Shown piece after piece: positions 37,390-46,731 of a DNA stretch of 64,000 nt. The stretch's first letter is position 1; every line of letters begins with the position of its first letter. Source of the DNA: Candidatus Eiseniibacteriota bacterium (GTDB lineage Bacteria > Eisenbacteria > RBG-16-71-46 > JABDJR01); NCBI GenBank assembly GCA_963783375.1, contig CAWANH010000028.1, positions 1,696,001 to 1,760,000 of the forward strand, given 5' to 3'. The notes under the pieces were generated by a model. That model worked only from the letters and a program-made list of their open reading frames with translations. It searched no databases and was not told the origin of the DNA. The position numbers and the translations under genes were made by a program.

Positions 37390-38264
37390 CCGGACCCAAC
37401 CGGCGGGGAATCGACTCCCCCCGCGACGACGGTGCGCGGCGGGCGTTGGCCCGGCGCCGGCGCCGCCGGCGGGTGCACCGGGGGGTGGCCTGGGCGGTGG
37501 TGGGCGCGGTGGCGGTGGGGATTGGAATCACCGTGGCCCTGGGCTGGCACGCCGGCCTCGGGTGGGCGCGCACCCACACCCGGATTTTCGCGGTGCGCCA
37601 GGTGGACGTGGCGCCGACCCGGTGGGTCCCCCCCTGGGAGATCATCGAACGGACCCGGGTGTATCCCGGCGACGACATCCTGGCCGTGGTCCCGGACTCG
37701 GTGGCGGCGCGGGTGGCCGCGATTCCCCGGGTGGCCGCGGTCAGGGTCCGGCGGACCTGGAAACGAAGGATCGAGGTGGAGGTCACCGAAAAGGTCCCGG
37801 TGGCCCTGCTCCTGGACGGACGGCCCGAGGAAGTGGCGGCGGACGGCACCGTGCTCGGCCCGCCGCCCGCTCACAGCCGCCCGGAATGGCCGCTCCCGGA
37901 CAGCGCGGCCCGCTACGCCCGAGGGGTGGAGCTTCCGCTCCTCACCGGGATCGGGGGCCGGCCTCCGGCCTGGGGGCGCCGGCTGGACGGCGAGGGGGCG
38001 CGCCAGGCGCTGGCGTTCCTGGTCCGGCTCCGCAGCTATGGGGACCGGGGCGAAAGCTGGATCAGCGAGGTGCGGGTGGAGCGGCCGGGAGAGCTGACGG
38101 CGGTGACCCTGGCCGGGGTCACGGTGCGGATCGGGGACGGAAGGCTCAGCCGGCGGAAGGTCGAGGCCCTCCTCGCGGTCCTGGAGCGGGTGCGGAAGGA
38201 CGGGACGGAGGTCCTGTACGTGGACGCCCGGTTCCGCAACCAGGTGATCATCAAGCAAGGATGA
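37386..38264 (+). CDS. ftsQ: Cell division protein FtsQ/DivIB
   Basis: Basic N-terminus, single TM, POTRA-like VRRTWKRRIEVEVTEK, C-terminal YVDARF; directly upstream of ftsA. Confidence 0.85.
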   Translation: MTGPNRRGIDSPRDDGARRALARRRRRRRVHRGVAWAVVGAVAVGIGITVALGWHAGLGWARTHTRIFAVRQVDVAPTRWVPPWEIIERTRVYPGDDILAVVPDSVAARVAAIPRVAAVRVRRTWKRRIEVEVTEKVPVALLLDGRPEEVAADGTVLGPPPAHSRPEWPLPDSAARYARGVELPLLTGIGGRPPAWGRRLDGEGARQALAFLVRLRSYGDRGESWISEVRVERPGELTAVTLAGVTVRIGDGRLSRRKVEALLAVLERVRKDGTEVLYVDARFRNQVIIKQG

Positions 38265-39505
38265 GGGAAAGGCAGGTGAGCGTCCGGATGCGAAGCTACG
38301 TCGGACTGGACATCGGGACCACCAAGGTGGCCGCGGTCATCGCCGAGCCGGATGAAAGCGGGGCCCTAAAGGTCGTGGGGGTCGGCCACGCCCCCTCGGG
38401 GGGGATCCGCCGCGGGGTGGTGGTGGACCTGGAGAACACCGTGCAGTCCATCCGGACCGCGGTGGCCGAAGCGGAGCGCATGTCGGGGATCCCGGTGCGG
38501 ACGGTGACCGCGGGCATCGCCGGTGAGCACGTCCGCTCCATCAACAGCCGCGGGGTCATCGCGGTGAGCCGCGGCGGGACGGAAATCGGCCCCGACGACG
38601 TGGCCCGGGTGGTGGAGGCGGCACGGGCGGTGGCCATTCCCGGGGACCGGGAAGTGCTGCACGTCATTCCCCAGGAATTCGTGGTGGACGATCAGGCGGG
38701 CATCCGCAATCCGGTGGGGATGAGCGGGGTCCGTCTCGAGGCCGAGGTGCACATCGTGACCGGGGCCGCCACCAGCGCCCGGAACGTGGAGAAGGCGGTC
38801 CAGCGGGCCGGGCTTCGGGCGACGAGCCTGGTGCTGGAGCCCCTGGCCTCCTCGGCGGCGGTCCTGGCCGCCGACGAGAAGGAACTGGGGTGCCTCCTCA
38901 TCGACCTCGGGGGCGGGACCACCGACGTGGCCCTGTTCTACGAGGGAGCGGTCCGCCATACCGCGATCATCGGGCTGGGCGGGAACAACGTGACCCACGA
39001 TCTGGCGGTGGGGCTTCGCACCCCCACCGAGTCGGCGGAGGAACTCAAGATCCGCCACGGCTCGGCCATGGCCTCCCGGGTCTCGTCGGAGGAGACGGTG
39101 GAGGTACCGGGGGTGGGGGGGCGCGAGTCCAAGCCGATTCCCCGGCAGGTTCTGGCCTCGATGATCGAACCGCGTATGGAAGAGATCTTCACGATGGTAT
39201 ATCGTGAGGTCAAAAAGAACCTCTTCAGCGAGTTATTGGCGGGCGGCGTGGTCCTGACCGGGGGTGGAGCGGGCATGGAAGGGGTCGAGGACCTGGCCGA
39301 ACGCATCTTCGAGATGCCGGTCCGCCGCGGGATTCCCCGCGGGGTGGTCGGCATCCTGGAGGCGGTGGAGGATCCGCGCTACGCGACCGCGGTGGGGCTC
39401 GTGATCTACGCCCGGGAGAAGGACGGGGAGGAACGGTTCGACGACCCCCGGCTCCTGACCCGGATCGCGGCGCCGGTGCGGCGGTGGCTGGGGGAGTTTT
39501 TCTAG
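38261..39505 (+). CDS. ftsA: Cell division protein FtsA
   Basis: GLDIGTTKV, LIDLGGGTTD, GVVLTGGGA, C-terminal amphipathic VRRWLGEFF; start may be 38261, 38276 or 38288. Confidence 0.95.
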   Translation: MRERQVSVRMRSYVGLDIGTTKVAAVIAEPDESGALKVVGVGHAPSGGIRRGVVVDLENTVQSIRTAVAEAERMSGIPVRTVTAGIAGEHVRSINSRGVIAVSRGGTEIGPDDVARVVEAARAVAIPGDREVLHVIPQEFVVDDQAGIRNPVGMSGVRLEAEVHIVTGAATSARNVEKAVQRAGLRATSLVLEPLASSAAVLAADEKELGCLLIDLGGGTTDVALFYEGAVRHTAIIGLGGNNVTHDLAVGLRTPTESAEELKIRHGSAMASRVSSEETVEVPGVGGRESKPIPRQVLASMIEPRMEEIFTMVYREVKKNLFSELLAGGVVLTGGGAGMEGVEDLAERIFEMPVRRGIPRGVVGILEAVEDPRYATAVGLVIYAREKDGEERFDDPRLLTRIAAPVRRWLGEFF

Positions 39506-39599
39506 AGGGGAGCCCGCGCCGGCCGAGGCCGACGATGGTTCTCCGCGGGCAGGTGATGGCCCGACGTCAAGCCCCTGAGGGGCAAAAGGAGGGTACGCG

Positions 39600-40766
39600 A
39601 TGATGTTGGAACTGGTGGAGCCGAAGACGCACGCCGTGCTGAAGGTGATCGGGGTGGGTGGCGCCGGCGGCAACGCCGTCAACGGGATGGTCCAGGGGGG
39701 CCTCGCCGGGGTCGAGTTCCTGGCCATGAACTCGGACGCCCAGGTCCTGGAGCAGAGCCTGGCCGGTCACAAGGTCCAGCTGGGGAGCGCGGCCACCCAG
39801 GGGCTGGGCTGCGGCGGGAAGCCGGAGGTGGGGGCCCAGTCCGCCGAGGAATCCGCCGAGGACATCCGCGACGCGGTCCGCGGGGCGGACATGGTGTTCA
39901 TCACCGCCGGAATGGGCGGCGGGACCGGCACCGGGGCCTCGCCGGTGGTGGCCCGGGTGGCCCGGGAGGAGGGGGCGCTGACCGTGGCCGTGGTCACCAA
40001 GCCCTTCATCTTCGAAGGCCGCCAGCGGGGCCGCCAGGCCGAAGAGGGGCTGGCCGCGCTCCGGGACGAGGTCGACACCCTGATCGTGATCCCCAACCAG
40101 CGGCTCCTGACCGTGACCGACAAGATGACCACCCTCCTGGACGCGTTCAAGCGCGCGGACGAGGTCCTCTTCCACGCCACCCGCGGGATCAGCGATCTCA
40201 TCACCGTCCCCGGCCTCATCAACCTCGACTTCGCCGACGTGAAGGCGGTGATGTGCGCCCGGGGGAACGCTCTCATGGGCACGGGCTACGCCTCGGGCGA
40301 GTCCAGCGCCGAGGACGCGGCCCGCATGGCCATTTCGAGCCCGCTCCTGGAGGACGTCTCCATCGCCGGGGCCGAGGCGGTGCTGGTCAACATCTGCGGC
40401 GGCCAGGATCTGGGCATCCACACCGTGAGCGAGTCGATGAACATCATCAACGAAGCGGTGGGCGGCGATGCCAACGTGATCTTCGGCGCGGTCATCGACC
40501 CCGAGATGGGGGACGGCGTGCGGATCACGGTCATCGCCACCGGATTCGGCCAGCCCCCGGTCGAGGAGCGGGCGAGCGATGCACCGAGGCCTCGGACCCG
40601 CGGCGAATCCGCCCTGGACCGGTTGATGAACCGCGCCCCCGTCGATCCCGACCGCGCGGGCGATCGTCCGGCGCCCGGGCCGGCCTATCTTCGGGAGCGG
40701 TGGGAACGGGTTCACGGCCAGGAGAGCCTGGACGTGCCTGCATTCATACGGAAGCAGATGGATTGA
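39600..40766 (+). CDS. ftsZ: Cell division protein FtsZ
   Basis: RBS AAAAGGAGG; GVGGAGGNAVN, GMGGGTGTG, INLDFADV, C-terminal LDVPAFIRKQMD. Confidence 0.97.
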   Translation: MMLELVEPKTHAVLKVIGVGGAGGNAVNGMVQGGLAGVEFLAMNSDAQVLEQSLAGHKVQLGSAATQGLGCGGKPEVGAQSAEESAEDIRDAVRGADMVFITAGMGGGTGTGASPVVARVAREEGALTVAVVTKPFIFEGRQRGRQAEEGLAALRDEVDTLIVIPNQRLLTVTDKMTTLLDAFKRADEVLFHATRGISDLITVPGLINLDFADVKAVMCARGNALMGTGYASGESSAEDAARMAISSPLLEDVSIAGAEAVLVNICGGQDLGIHTVSESMNIINEAVGGDANVIFGAVIDPEMGDGVRITVIATGFGQPPVEERASDAPRPRTRGESALDRLMNRAPVDPDRAGDRPAPGPAYLRERWERVHGQESLDVPAFIRKQMD

Positions 40767-40798
40767 GCCGGTCGGCTCCTCCCGGAGGTGGACCGAAG

Positions 40799-42451
40799 GT
40801 GTCGTTTCTGAGTCGGATGTTCGGACGGTGGGGGAATCCCCACTATGCCCGCGGCATCATGCACTTCAACCGCCGGGAATATGCCGAAGCGGTGGCGGAG
40901 TTCGAGGCGCTCCTGGCCAAGGGAGCCGATCCCTCCAACCCCGACGTCGAGCTGGCCCGATTCTACGCCGCCGAGGCTCACGCCAAGCTGGGGCTGGCCC
41001 TCTACGCCAAGGGGGACTATGCCCCGGCCGAGGCCCAGTTCCGGAGCGCGGTGGAGGTGGAGGGAGACTATCCCGATCTCCACTACTACCTGGGCGTGTT
41101 GGCGGAGCGGCAGGGGCGGGCCCCCGAGGCCCTGCCCCACCTGGACCGGGCCCTGGAGCTGAACCCGGACTACGCCGAAGCCCTGGCCTACCGGGCGATC
41201 GTGAACCAGGCGATAGGAGAGCCCGAGGCGGCGTCGGCCGACCTGGACCGTCTATCCACCCTGAATTTCCAGATGCCCCCCTCGCTCAAACCCCCGCCGC
41301 GTCCACCGATCCCCGCCCACGCCCTCGAGGAGCTTCGGGCCGCGCTGGAGACTCGAACCCGGCCCGACGACCGGCTGGCCGCGGCGGCCGAGGCCTACGA
41401 CCGGGGAGACCTGGAGGCGGCCCGCTCGGCCCTGGAGGCGGCGGTGGCCGAAAAGCCCGGTTATGCCGATCTCCGGTGCCGCTACGGCCAGGTCCTGGCC
41501 GAGCTGGGCCGGCAGGAGGAGGCGGTCGCCGCCTTCGACGCCGCCCTGGCCCGAAATCCCGACTACGTGGAGGCCCTGCTCGCGCGGGGTCTGGCCCTCC
41601 TCGTGCTCGACCGCCCGTCGGAGGCCTGGGATTCCCTCCGGCGCGCCGGAGGGCTCAAACCCACTTTCGCGGACATCGCCTGCTACGAAGGGATCGCCGC
41701 GCTGCGATCCGGCCACCCGGCGCAGGCGGTGACCGCGCTCGGGCGCGCCCTCGAGCAGAACCCGCGCTATTGGCGCGCCCGGTTCGCCCTGGGTCAGGCG
41801 CGGGTGGCCCAGGGCGATACCGAGACCGGGCTCGCCGATCTCAAGGCCTCCCTGGATACGGATCGGCGCCTGGACGTGGCCCGGGCCTATCTGGGCTCTC
41901 TCCATCTCGACCGGGAGGAGTTCGGCGCCGCAACCGATCACCTGACCTTCGCGGTGAGCGCCCACCCCGACTACCCCGATCTCCGGCTCCAGCTCGGCTT
42001 GGCCCACCTCGGGTCGGGGATGCTGGACGCGGCGCGTCGGGAGATCGGCGAGGCGATCCGGCTCCATCCGGGCTACGTGAGCGCCCATACCGCGATGGGA
42101 CGCACCGAGATCGCGGCGGGGCATCCGACCGAGGCGATCCCGCACCTCGAGCGTAGCCTGGAGCTGGATCCCGGTCTGGCCGACGCGCGGCGGCTTCTGG
42201 CCGAGGTCCGGCTCGCCGCCGGGGACGAGGGACGGGCGGAGCAGGATTTCACCGCCGCCCTCGCCCTCAACCCGCACTACGTGGACGCGCTCCTCGGGCT
42301 GGGAATGCTGCGGCGCCGGCAGGGCCGGGACGCGGAGGCGCGGGAACTCTTCGGGCGGGCGCTGGAACTCCGGCCGGGGGATCCGGTCGCGGGGGCGTTC
42401 CTGGGACGGGTGGGCGGGGATGGCGGGTCGGAGGAGGGGCGGGGCGAGTGA
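40799..42451 (+). CDS. Tetratricopeptide repeat protein
   Basis: GTG after GGAGG; many TPRs (YPDLHYYLG, ALELNPDYAEA, HPDYPDLRLQLG); N-terminal amphipathic MSFLSRMFGRW. Confidence 0.85.
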   Translation: MSFLSRMFGRWGNPHYARGIMHFNRREYAEAVAEFEALLAKGADPSNPDVELARFYAAEAHAKLGLALYAKGDYAPAEAQFRSAVEVEGDYPDLHYYLGVLAERQGRAPEALPHLDRALELNPDYAEALAYRAIVNQAIGEPEAASADLDRLSTLNFQMPPSLKPPPRPPIPAHALEELRAALETRTRPDDRLAAAAEAYDRGDLEAARSALEAAVAEKPGYADLRCRYGQVLAELGRQEEAVAAFDAALARNPDYVEALLARGLALLVLDRPSEAWDSLRRAGGLKPTFADIACYEGIAALRSGHPAQAVTALGRALEQNPRYWRARFALGQARVAQGDTETGLADLKASLDTDRRLDVARAYLGSLHLDREEFGAATDHLTFAVSAHPDYPDLRLQLGLAHLGSGMLDAARREIGEAIRLHPGYVSAHTAMGRTEIAAGHPTEAIPHLERSLELDPGLADARRLLAEVRLAAGDEGRAEQDFTAALALNPHYVDALLGLGMLRRRQGRDAEARELFGRALELRPGDPVAGAFLGRVGGDGGSEEGRGE

Positions 42452-42470
42452 GCGGAGGAGATCCCTCCGC

Positions 42471-42689
42471 TCAGGCCTCGACGGCCGTCCGGACCGGACG
42501 GATGTTCTTCTGGACCTTCCCCGAACGCAGGCAACGCGTGCAGACCCGGATCTTCTTGGGCACCCCGTCCACGATGGCGCGAACCCGCTGGAGATTGGGC
42601 TCCCAACGCCGGCGCGACGTGTTGTGCGCATGGCTGACCTTGTTGCCGTAGACGGGACCCTTCCCGCAGATTTCACAAGCCTTGGCCAC
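42471..42689 (-). CDS. rpmB: 50S ribosomal protein L28 (zinc-ribbon type)
   Basis: RBS AAAGGAG; CEICGKGPVYGNKVSHAHNTSRRRWEPNLQ...VCTRCLRSG. Confidence 0.95.
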   Translation of the reverse strand: MAKACEICGKGPVYGNKVSHAHNTSRRRWEPNLQRVRAIVDGVPKKIRVCTRCLRSGKVQKNIRPVRTAVEA

Positions 42690-42751
42690 GACCGAACTCC
42701 TTTCCCGAATCAAGACCGGGCCCCGACCGGGGTCCGGCGCAAAGCCGAAAG

Positions 42752-42780
42752 AGCGTAGCACACCCCCCTCCACCGCTCAA
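42752..42780 (-). promoter_or_regulatory. Sigma70-type promoter of rpmB
   Basis: TTGAGC-17 bp-TACGCT on the minus strand. Confidence 0.55.
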
Positions 42781-42806
42781 CCGCGACCTCGAACCGGGTC
42801 CCGCCG

Positions 42807-42836
42807 TTGTCAGGACCGCCGGCCGGCGCGTAGGCT
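42807..42836 (+). promoter_or_regulatory. Sigma70-type promoter of recG (possibly leaderless transcript)
   Basis: TTGTCA-18 bp-TAGGCT ending 6 nt before the ATG at 42843. Confidence 0.5.
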
Positions 42837-42842
42837 CTGGCC

Positions 42843-45032
42843 ATGACCGCTCCCGGCCCGCCCACTTCGGCTCCCTCCCCGGGAGACGCCCCGGTCGAGA
42901 CCCTCCCCGGGGTCGGGAAACACTATGCCGAGGCCCTCCTCCGCCTGGAAATCCACACCGTGGAAGATCTCCTGCGTCATTTCCCGGCCCGATGGGTGGA
43001 CCGGCGGGAGATCCGGCCCCTGGGTTCCCTCCGCCCCACCGACGTCCGGTTCGAGGAGGGTCCCGACGGCCGGGTGCGCAAGGCGGTGGTCACCGTCCTG
43101 GGGACGGTGGGGACCGTCCATGTCCGGGGTCGGAAAGCCCCCGGAAACCCCCGGCGGCAGGCCGCCCGAAGGACTCCCCAGCGGCTGGAAGTGGGTCTCG
43201 AGGACGAGAGCGGGGAGGTGCGGATCGTCTTCTTCGGGGGAAGCTGGCGGGAAAGTCATTTCCCTCCGGGCTCCCGGATCCTGGTCTCCGGCCCCCTCTC
43301 CACTTTCATGGGGAAGCTGCAGTTCCAGTCCCCGGAGTACGAGGTGCTCGATCGCGACGAGGAGGCGGAGATCCACACCGGCCGGCTCTTTCCGGTCTAC
43401 CCGGGCACGCGGGGGGTGACCCAGCGGAACCTCCGGACGTGGGTGCGAGCCGCGCTCACCCGGGTACTCCCCCGGATGGAGGACCCCCTTCCCGACGCTC
43501 TCCGGGGCCGCTATCGGCTGCTCCCCCTCGAACGGGCGCTGACCACCTATCATTTTCCTCCCGACCCCGAGACCCGGGGGGAGGCCCGCCGCCGTCTGGC
43601 GTTCGAGGAGCTCTTCCTGGACCAGCTCTTCGTCTACGCGGCGCGGCTCCGCCGGGAGCAGGGCCGGCGGACGGTGGCGGTTCCCGCGGACAGCCCGCGG
43701 CTCCGGCGCATCCGGGCCGCCCTTCCCTTCCGCCTCACTCCGGACCAGGATCGCGCCCTGGAAGAGATCCTGGGTGATATGGCCTCGGGACGGCCCATGA
43801 ATCGCCTGCTCCAGGGGGACGTGGGCTCGGGGAAGACGGTGGTGGCTCTCCTGGCCGCCGCCGCCGCCGCGGATGCCGGGGTCCAGATCGCGTTCCTGGC
43901 CCCCACCGAGATCCTGGCCGAACAGCATCTGCGCACCCTGCGCGAGCTGGGGGGGCCGTTCGGGCTGGAGCCGAGGCTCCTCACCGGGAGCACGGGGGCC
44001 GCCGCCCGGCGCGAGGTGCTCCGGTCCCTGGCCGACGGGACCGCCCCCCTGGCCGTGGGCACCCACGCCCTCTTCCAGGAGGAGGTGCGGTTTCGGGACC
44101 TGGGCCTGGTGGTGATGGACGAGCAGCACCGCTTCGGGGTGCTGCAGCGGGTGGCGATGACCGGGAAGGGGAACACCCCCCACGTGCTGGTGATGTCCGC
44201 CACCCCGATCCCCCGGAGCCTCGCCCTGGTCCGCTTCGCCGATCTGGAACTCTCGGTCATCCGCCACCGCCCCGCCGGCCGGGGGCGGGTGGTTACCCGG
44301 GTCACCCCCGAGCACAACCGTCCGGCGGTGTACGAGTTTCTCGCCGAGCGTTTGAGAGAAGGACGCCAAGCCTATATCATCTACCCGCTGGTCGAGGAAT
44401 CGGAGAAGTCCGATCTCAAGGCCGCCACCACCATGGCGCGCCGCCTGGCCCGGCGCCCCGAGTTCAAGGGGTTCGGGGTGGCCCTGCTCCACGGTCAGAT
44501 GAAGGCCGAGGAGAAGGAAGCGGCGATGAACCGCTTCACCAAGGGCGAGGTGAGGGTGTTGGTGGCGACCACGGTGGTGGAGGTGGGGATCGACGTTCCC
44601 AACGCCTCGTTCCTGATCATCGAGCATCCCGAACGCTATGGATTGAGCCAGCTCCATCAACTTCGGGGCCGGATCGGGCGGGGACGGCACACGTCTTATT
44701 GCGTGTTGATTCGTGACGACAAGCTGGACGAGGAGGCGGTGAAGCGGCTCGATCTCTTCGCCGACACCGACGACGGCTTCGTTCTGGCGGAAATGGATCT
44801 GACCCTGAGGGGACAGGGGGACGTGGCGGGCACCCGTCAGAGCGGGCGCCCCCGCTACCGGATCGCCGATCCCTGGCGGGACGTGAAGATGACCGAGGTC
44901 GCGCGCGAGGAGGCGCGAAAGGCCCTGGACGGCGGGGCGTTTCACGGGGAGATGGGGCCGGGATGGGAGCCCCTCCGCCGCCGCCTGCGGACCATGCTGG
45001 AGATCGCCGGGCCCCTGGTGGACGCCGGCTGA
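42843..45032 (+). CDS. recG: ATP-dependent DNA helicase RecG
   Basis: RRLAFEEL, MNRLLQGDVGSGKT, DEQHRFGV, MSATPIPRSL, GLSQLHQLRGRIGRG. Confidence 0.96.
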   Translation: MTAPGPPTSAPSPGDAPVETLPGVGKHYAEALLRLEIHTVEDLLRHFPARWVDRREIRPLGSLRPTDVRFEEGPDGRVRKAVVTVLGTVGTVHVRGRKAPGNPRRQAARRTPQRLEVGLEDESGEVRIVFFGGSWRESHFPPGSRILVSGPLSTFMGKLQFQSPEYEVLDRDEEAEIHTGRLFPVYPGTRGVTQRNLRTWVRAALTRVLPRMEDPLPDALRGRYRLLPLERALTTYHFPPDPETRGEARRRLAFEELFLDQLFVYAARLRREQGRRTVAVPADSPRLRRIRAALPFRLTPDQDRALEEILGDMASGRPMNRLLQGDVGSGKTVVALLAAAAAADAGVQIAFLAPTEILAEQHLRTLRELGGPFGLEPRLLTGSTGAAARREVLRSLADGTAPLAVGTHALFQEEVRFRDLGLVVMDEQHRFGVLQRVAMTGKGNTPHVLVMSATPIPRSLALVRFADLELSVIRHRPAGRGRVVTRVTPEHNRPAVYEFLAERLREGRQAYIIYPLVEESEKSDLKAATTMARRLARRPEFKGFGVALLHGQMKAEEKEAAMNRFTKGEVRVLVATTVVEVGIDVPNASFLIIEHPERYGLSQLHQLRGRIGRGRHTSYCVLIRDDKLDEEAVKRLDLFADTDDGFVLAEMDLTLRGQGDVAGTRQSGRPRYRIADPWRDVKMTEVAREEARKALDGGAFHGEMGPGWEPLRRRLRTMLEIAGPLVDAG

Positions 45033-45046
45033 ACCGAGGGGGGAGC

Positions 45047-45532
45047 GTGATCGTTCGTTGTCCCGACTGCCGCTCGAAGTACGAGATCGCCGCCGATCGG
45101 ATGCCCGAGGACGTGACCAAGCTCCGCTGTCCGCGGTGCAAGGCGGTTTTCCCGGTGAGCTGGGCCGCCGACGGATCCGCGGTGGCGGCGGGCGCCGTCG
45201 AGGCCTCGGCGTCCGATGCGGACGGCATCAGGCCGGCGTCCGCGCACTTCCCCGCCGCCGATCCCCCACCCCCCCGCCCACGTCCGCGCATCACCGACCC
45301 CGGTCTGGCCCGGCGGATGGCCCGGGCCATGATTTCGGAGATGGTGCTCAACCGACGGGGCGAGCGGGACGAGGCGCTACGCGAGGGGATGGTGCTCAGC
45401 CGTTTCGGTCCGGCCATCGCCGGAGCCTTCTCTCTCTACCGGACCAAGGTCTCGGAGGAACTGGAGTCGGGGCCCGTCTACTTCCGCGAGGCGGTCAACG
45501 AGATCCTCGGGGAGGGGAAGCGGATCCTGTAG
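45047..45532 (+). CDS. MJ0042-type zinc-ribbon protein with C-terminal helical domain (RomX-like by recalled pattern)
   Basis: RBS GGGGGAG; CPDC-x20-CPRC; Ala/Pro linker; ARRMARAMISE...LYRTKVS...YFREAVNEI. Confidence 0.75.
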   Translation: MIVRCPDCRSKYEIAADRMPEDVTKLRCPRCKAVFPVSWAADGSAVAAGAVEASASDADGIRPASAHFPAADPPPPRPRPRITDPGLARRMARAMISEMVLNRRGERDEALREGMVLSRFGPAIAGAFSLYRTKVSEELESGPVYFREAVNEILGEGKRIL

Positions 45533-45589
45533 CGCCCCACCGCCCGTTCCGGGAGGGCGCCCGGCGAGTCCGGCTTCCCGGGCGGCCTC

Positions 45590-46525
45590 CTACCGCGCCT
45601 TCCCCTGCGCCGTGGTGCAGTTGGGTTCCCTTCCGCCGATCCTCCCGCAGTCCCCCGAGTTGGCCGCGGCGCAGGGAGACGAGTCGAGGATGGTGTAGTC
45701 CCCGCCGGGCTCGTTGCAGAAGGTCGGGTCCAGGTGGAGATCGCTCTCCGGCCCCGTGCAGTTCAGGTAGGGGGCGAGGCCGCTCAGAAAGACGTCGTTG
45801 CAGCCCGAGGAGTCGGTGAGGGCGGCGTTCGTCTCGCAGGCGATGCCGTAGTTCGCCGAGTCGTAGATGAGGGTCTGCCGGATGTCGCCCCGGGCTCCCG
45901 ATTCCAGGAGCATTCCGCAGTCCCCGGCCCCGACGAGGGTGTTCTGAAGGCTCGCCAGCGTCGCCTTTCCGGTGAGGTTCACCGAGAACCGGGCGGCGTC
46001 GGTCATGAGGCACTGCTCGAGCTCGATCCGGAGCCCCTTGCCCGATCCGGTCCCCCGGACCTGGATCGCCCCCCGCCGGAAGATGCAATCGTCGATGGTC
46101 AGGGCCCCCTGCCCGGTTATCTCCACCGAGTTCGTCCCGCCCTGAACGAGGAGGTGCTCGATCCGCGTCCCCGCCCGGGGGTTCACGAAACGGAAGATAG
46201 CGGTGGAGTCGAGGTTCACGCTCACCAGGGGGTAGTTCTTGGTTCCGCGGATGAGGAGTGGGGTCTGATCCGCTCGGAATTCCAGGGTTCGGGGCAGGGG
46301 GAGCAGAGGACTCTGAGTTACCCACAGGGTATCCCCGGCGATCACCTGATCGGGGGCCTCATCGAGGGTGATGTCGGTCGGGATGAAGAAGGCCTTGGGG
46401 ATCCGTCCGGGACCGGGTCGGGTCGAGGAATCGTTGCAGCCGGCCGCGGCCAGGACGATGAGGCCGGCCACGAGCCCCAGGAAACCCCTAGAGAGTCGGG
46501 GGTGGGGATGAACAGGTCGTACCAT
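45590..46525 (-). CDS. Lipoprotein with right-handed parallel beta-helix repeats
   Basis: Lipobox LAAAGC; beta-helix-like repeats; C-terminal DPTFC...DYTILDSSPC...IGG motif. Confidence 0.7.
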   Translation of the reverse strand: MVRPVHPHPRLSRGFLGLVAGLIVLAAAGCNDSSTRPGPGRIPKAFFIPTDITLDEAPDQVIAGDTLWVTQSPLLPLPRTLEFRADQTPLLIRGTKNYPLVSVNLDSTAIFRFVNPRAGTRIEHLLVQGGTNSVEITGQGALTIDDCIFRRGAIQVRGTGSGKGLRIELEQCLMTDAARFSVNLTGKATLASLQNTLVGAGDCGMLLESGARGDIRQTLIYDSANYGIACETNAALTDSSGCNDVFLSGLAPYLNCTGPESDLHLDPTFCNEPGGDYTILDSSPCAAANSGDCGRIGGREPNCTTAQGKAR

Positions 46526-46731
46526 GACGGGATGTCTCCGGAAGCCCTGGGAGCGCGCTGCGTTCGGGGCCATCATACGAAGCCCGGAGGGCGTGAACAA
46601 GGGGCAGGGCGGGGATCCTTTTGGGGACAAAGGCGAGGCCGACCCGGGGGCTGGGCCGGCCTCGATTCGTCAGTGGCGGTAGAAGCCGGGCCGAGGGGGT
46701 CCGGCTCCAAGGATCGCTCGTCCCCGGGGGG

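Noticed and set aside
39503-39529. Sigma28 promoter upstream of ftsZ (TAGA-N15-GCCGAGGC)
   Set aside because: Only the GC-rich part of the -10 element matches, which is likely by chance.
21759-42451. Long N-terminal extensions of RsmH, MraY, FtsW, FtsA and the TPR protein shown in the ORF track
   Set aside because: They overlap upstream real genes in other frames; internal starts with RBS or stop-start overlaps explain the genes.
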